Below, one piece after another: positions 62,271-64,000 of a DNA stretch of 64,000 nt. The first letter of the stretch is position 1. Each line of letters begins with the position of its first letter. The translations under genes and the position numbers were made by a program. Source of the DNA: Eledone cirrhosa (lineage: Eukaryota); the NCBI GenBank assembly GCA_964016885.1, contig OZ024753.1:30628001-30692000 (forward strand), given 5' to 3'. The notes beneath the pieces are model-generated. The model was not told where the DNA came from. It ran no database searches and saw nothing but the letters and a program-made list of their open reading frames with translations.

Positions 62271-64000
62271 TATTTAAAACCATACAATGTCTTTCATGAG
62301 AAATATGGTAACTAAAGGGGGCTAGAAACATGAATATTCTTATGCTGAATAAGTGACTCTTTTACTCTTACCTGTTCCAACCATCTGGCTGAGGCCATAC
62401 TGGGGCACCACCCTGGTGAATTTTTACCTTTTCTTTTTAATAAAAAAAAATCTCTATATATATATTTCAAGAAAATATGTTATGGCTCACAACACCCAAG
62501 TTTACTCATTGTAAAAAAAATCAGAATTTTGAAATTTAAATTATTTACATTCTTTATTGTTTTTTTTGTTTTTTAATTTAATTTAATTTTTTTTTATTTG
62601 TTATACAATAACAATGTGACAAATAGCTATCAATGAAACTTAAGAATAGCAGGCTTAAAAATAACTACTGGGGCCAATATGATTAACTAAAGGCCTTGAA
62701 GGTGCTGTCCCAGTATGACTGCAATCCAATAGCTGAACCCAGTAAAAAATATAAAAGAACACAATCCTTAATATCACTTCCCCTCTAGTTTATAACCCTA
62801 TACTAATGTAAAGTAATTATTGTCAACGTCAATACCACTATCACCATCATCATCACCATCGTTCTCATCTCTATTATGACATAGGCAATGTGTTTAAGAA
62901 AAGGTTATCTTTAGTCATTAACCAGATTTCCTGTTAAGGCAAGTGTTTTATTTTTGTTTGTTTGTTTTTTGTTTTTTTACCAAGTAGATCTTGGTTCTGT
63001 TACAAAGACGTTTGTTTTAAAGTGTTTATATTTAAATTTTAACATTCCAACATAATTCAACTTAGGAAAATTTTCTTGTTTCAAACACCAGCTTAAAAAT
63101 GAAGTTATTTTACTAAATCTTTCCAAATTCTCAATTGTTTTCAAAATTATTTGAAAATCTTTTCATTAAAAATATAGTAATGAAAAGGTTAATTTCCTAC
63201 CAGATTTTCTTTAATTTCACTCAGTTGAGAAATGGAACCCTTTAGCATTCAAAGCGGCTGTATCCGGCCAGAATTCTCTCACCTCTTTCTGTTCAAACAA
63301 GCCTGTAACTGGCCACTCATACTGATGTTAAGGTATTATTCTCAAAATAAATATCAAAATCGCATAGATTTGATATTATGTGAGATAATTATGCGAGGTA
63401 AAGCCTTTGCTGTGAAAATACAATGGTATATATAGAGTAATGTAAATACTAAAGGGTTACGAAAAATTGATTACATAAATATTTATTTATATATAAATAG
63501 GTGCAGGTCAAACATGACTTCCAGTGAGTCCTCTCAGAAGCAACTGTCTCCAATTGATCTAGCTGGATCTCCAAGTTAGACCAGCTGAGCTCATGGATGT
63601 TATCCAACCATCTTGCTCTGGATCTACCCCTGGGTCTCCTGCCAGTTGGTTTTGCCTGTAAAATCTGTCCATGATAAAATAAGTAGTAAACTAAAATAGG
63701 CACTGGGTAACAATTTTATGATGGTACCTCTTCATGGCTGCTGTTCAATAACCTATATTAATAAAAGAATGGGTTGGTCACAGCTGGTATGTATTTGGGG
63801 AAGATCTATGGGTTAAACAACACCCACAACCAGTGACCTCACTACTATCATCATTATCATGTCCACGACTAGACATAGTTCACTTGGTTCAAATTTACTA
63901 TCAAACACATGCCTGGTTTGTGTATGTGTTGTGGTGCTTTGCTTTCTCTGTGTGTGTGTTTCGTGTTCTATGACATGCTTGTGTGAGTTGTGTATGGAGG

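Overview
AT-rich, microsatellite-saturated animal DNA. The repeat content (tRNA-derived SINEs, RTE/CR1 LINEs, long (TA)n/(CA)n tracts) suggests a cephalopod/octopus-like genome, but this is inference. No host protein-coding gene can be supported; most ORF-track entries are microsatellite artefacts. Real content: (1) a near-complete Penelope-like element (PLE, ~34998-41264) with direct pseudo-LTRs, an inverted 5' pLTR piece, an extra coiled-coil ORF1 and an RT/GIY-YIG ORF; (2) a CR1-type LINE with an intact 934-aa APE-RT ORF2; (3) two head-to-head RTE LINE fragments, one carrying a PHD-like finger; (4) an L1/Tx1-like 3' fragment, Gypsy and RTE relics; (5) more than 25 SINE copies, MITE-like elements and minisatellites; (6) about a dozen short elements with whole or partial hammerhead-ribozyme motifs, several as near-perfect fold-back palindromes in (TA)n. 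Best leads: the PLE seems to express ORF1 and RT-EN from one pLTR ATG via alternative splice acceptors and/or a U-UUU-UUA -1 frameshift; the CR1 ORF1/ORF2 junction has a G-GGA-AAC slippery site plus a 15-bp hairpin; and the hammerhead fold-back mini-elements. All alignments and folds were done by eye.
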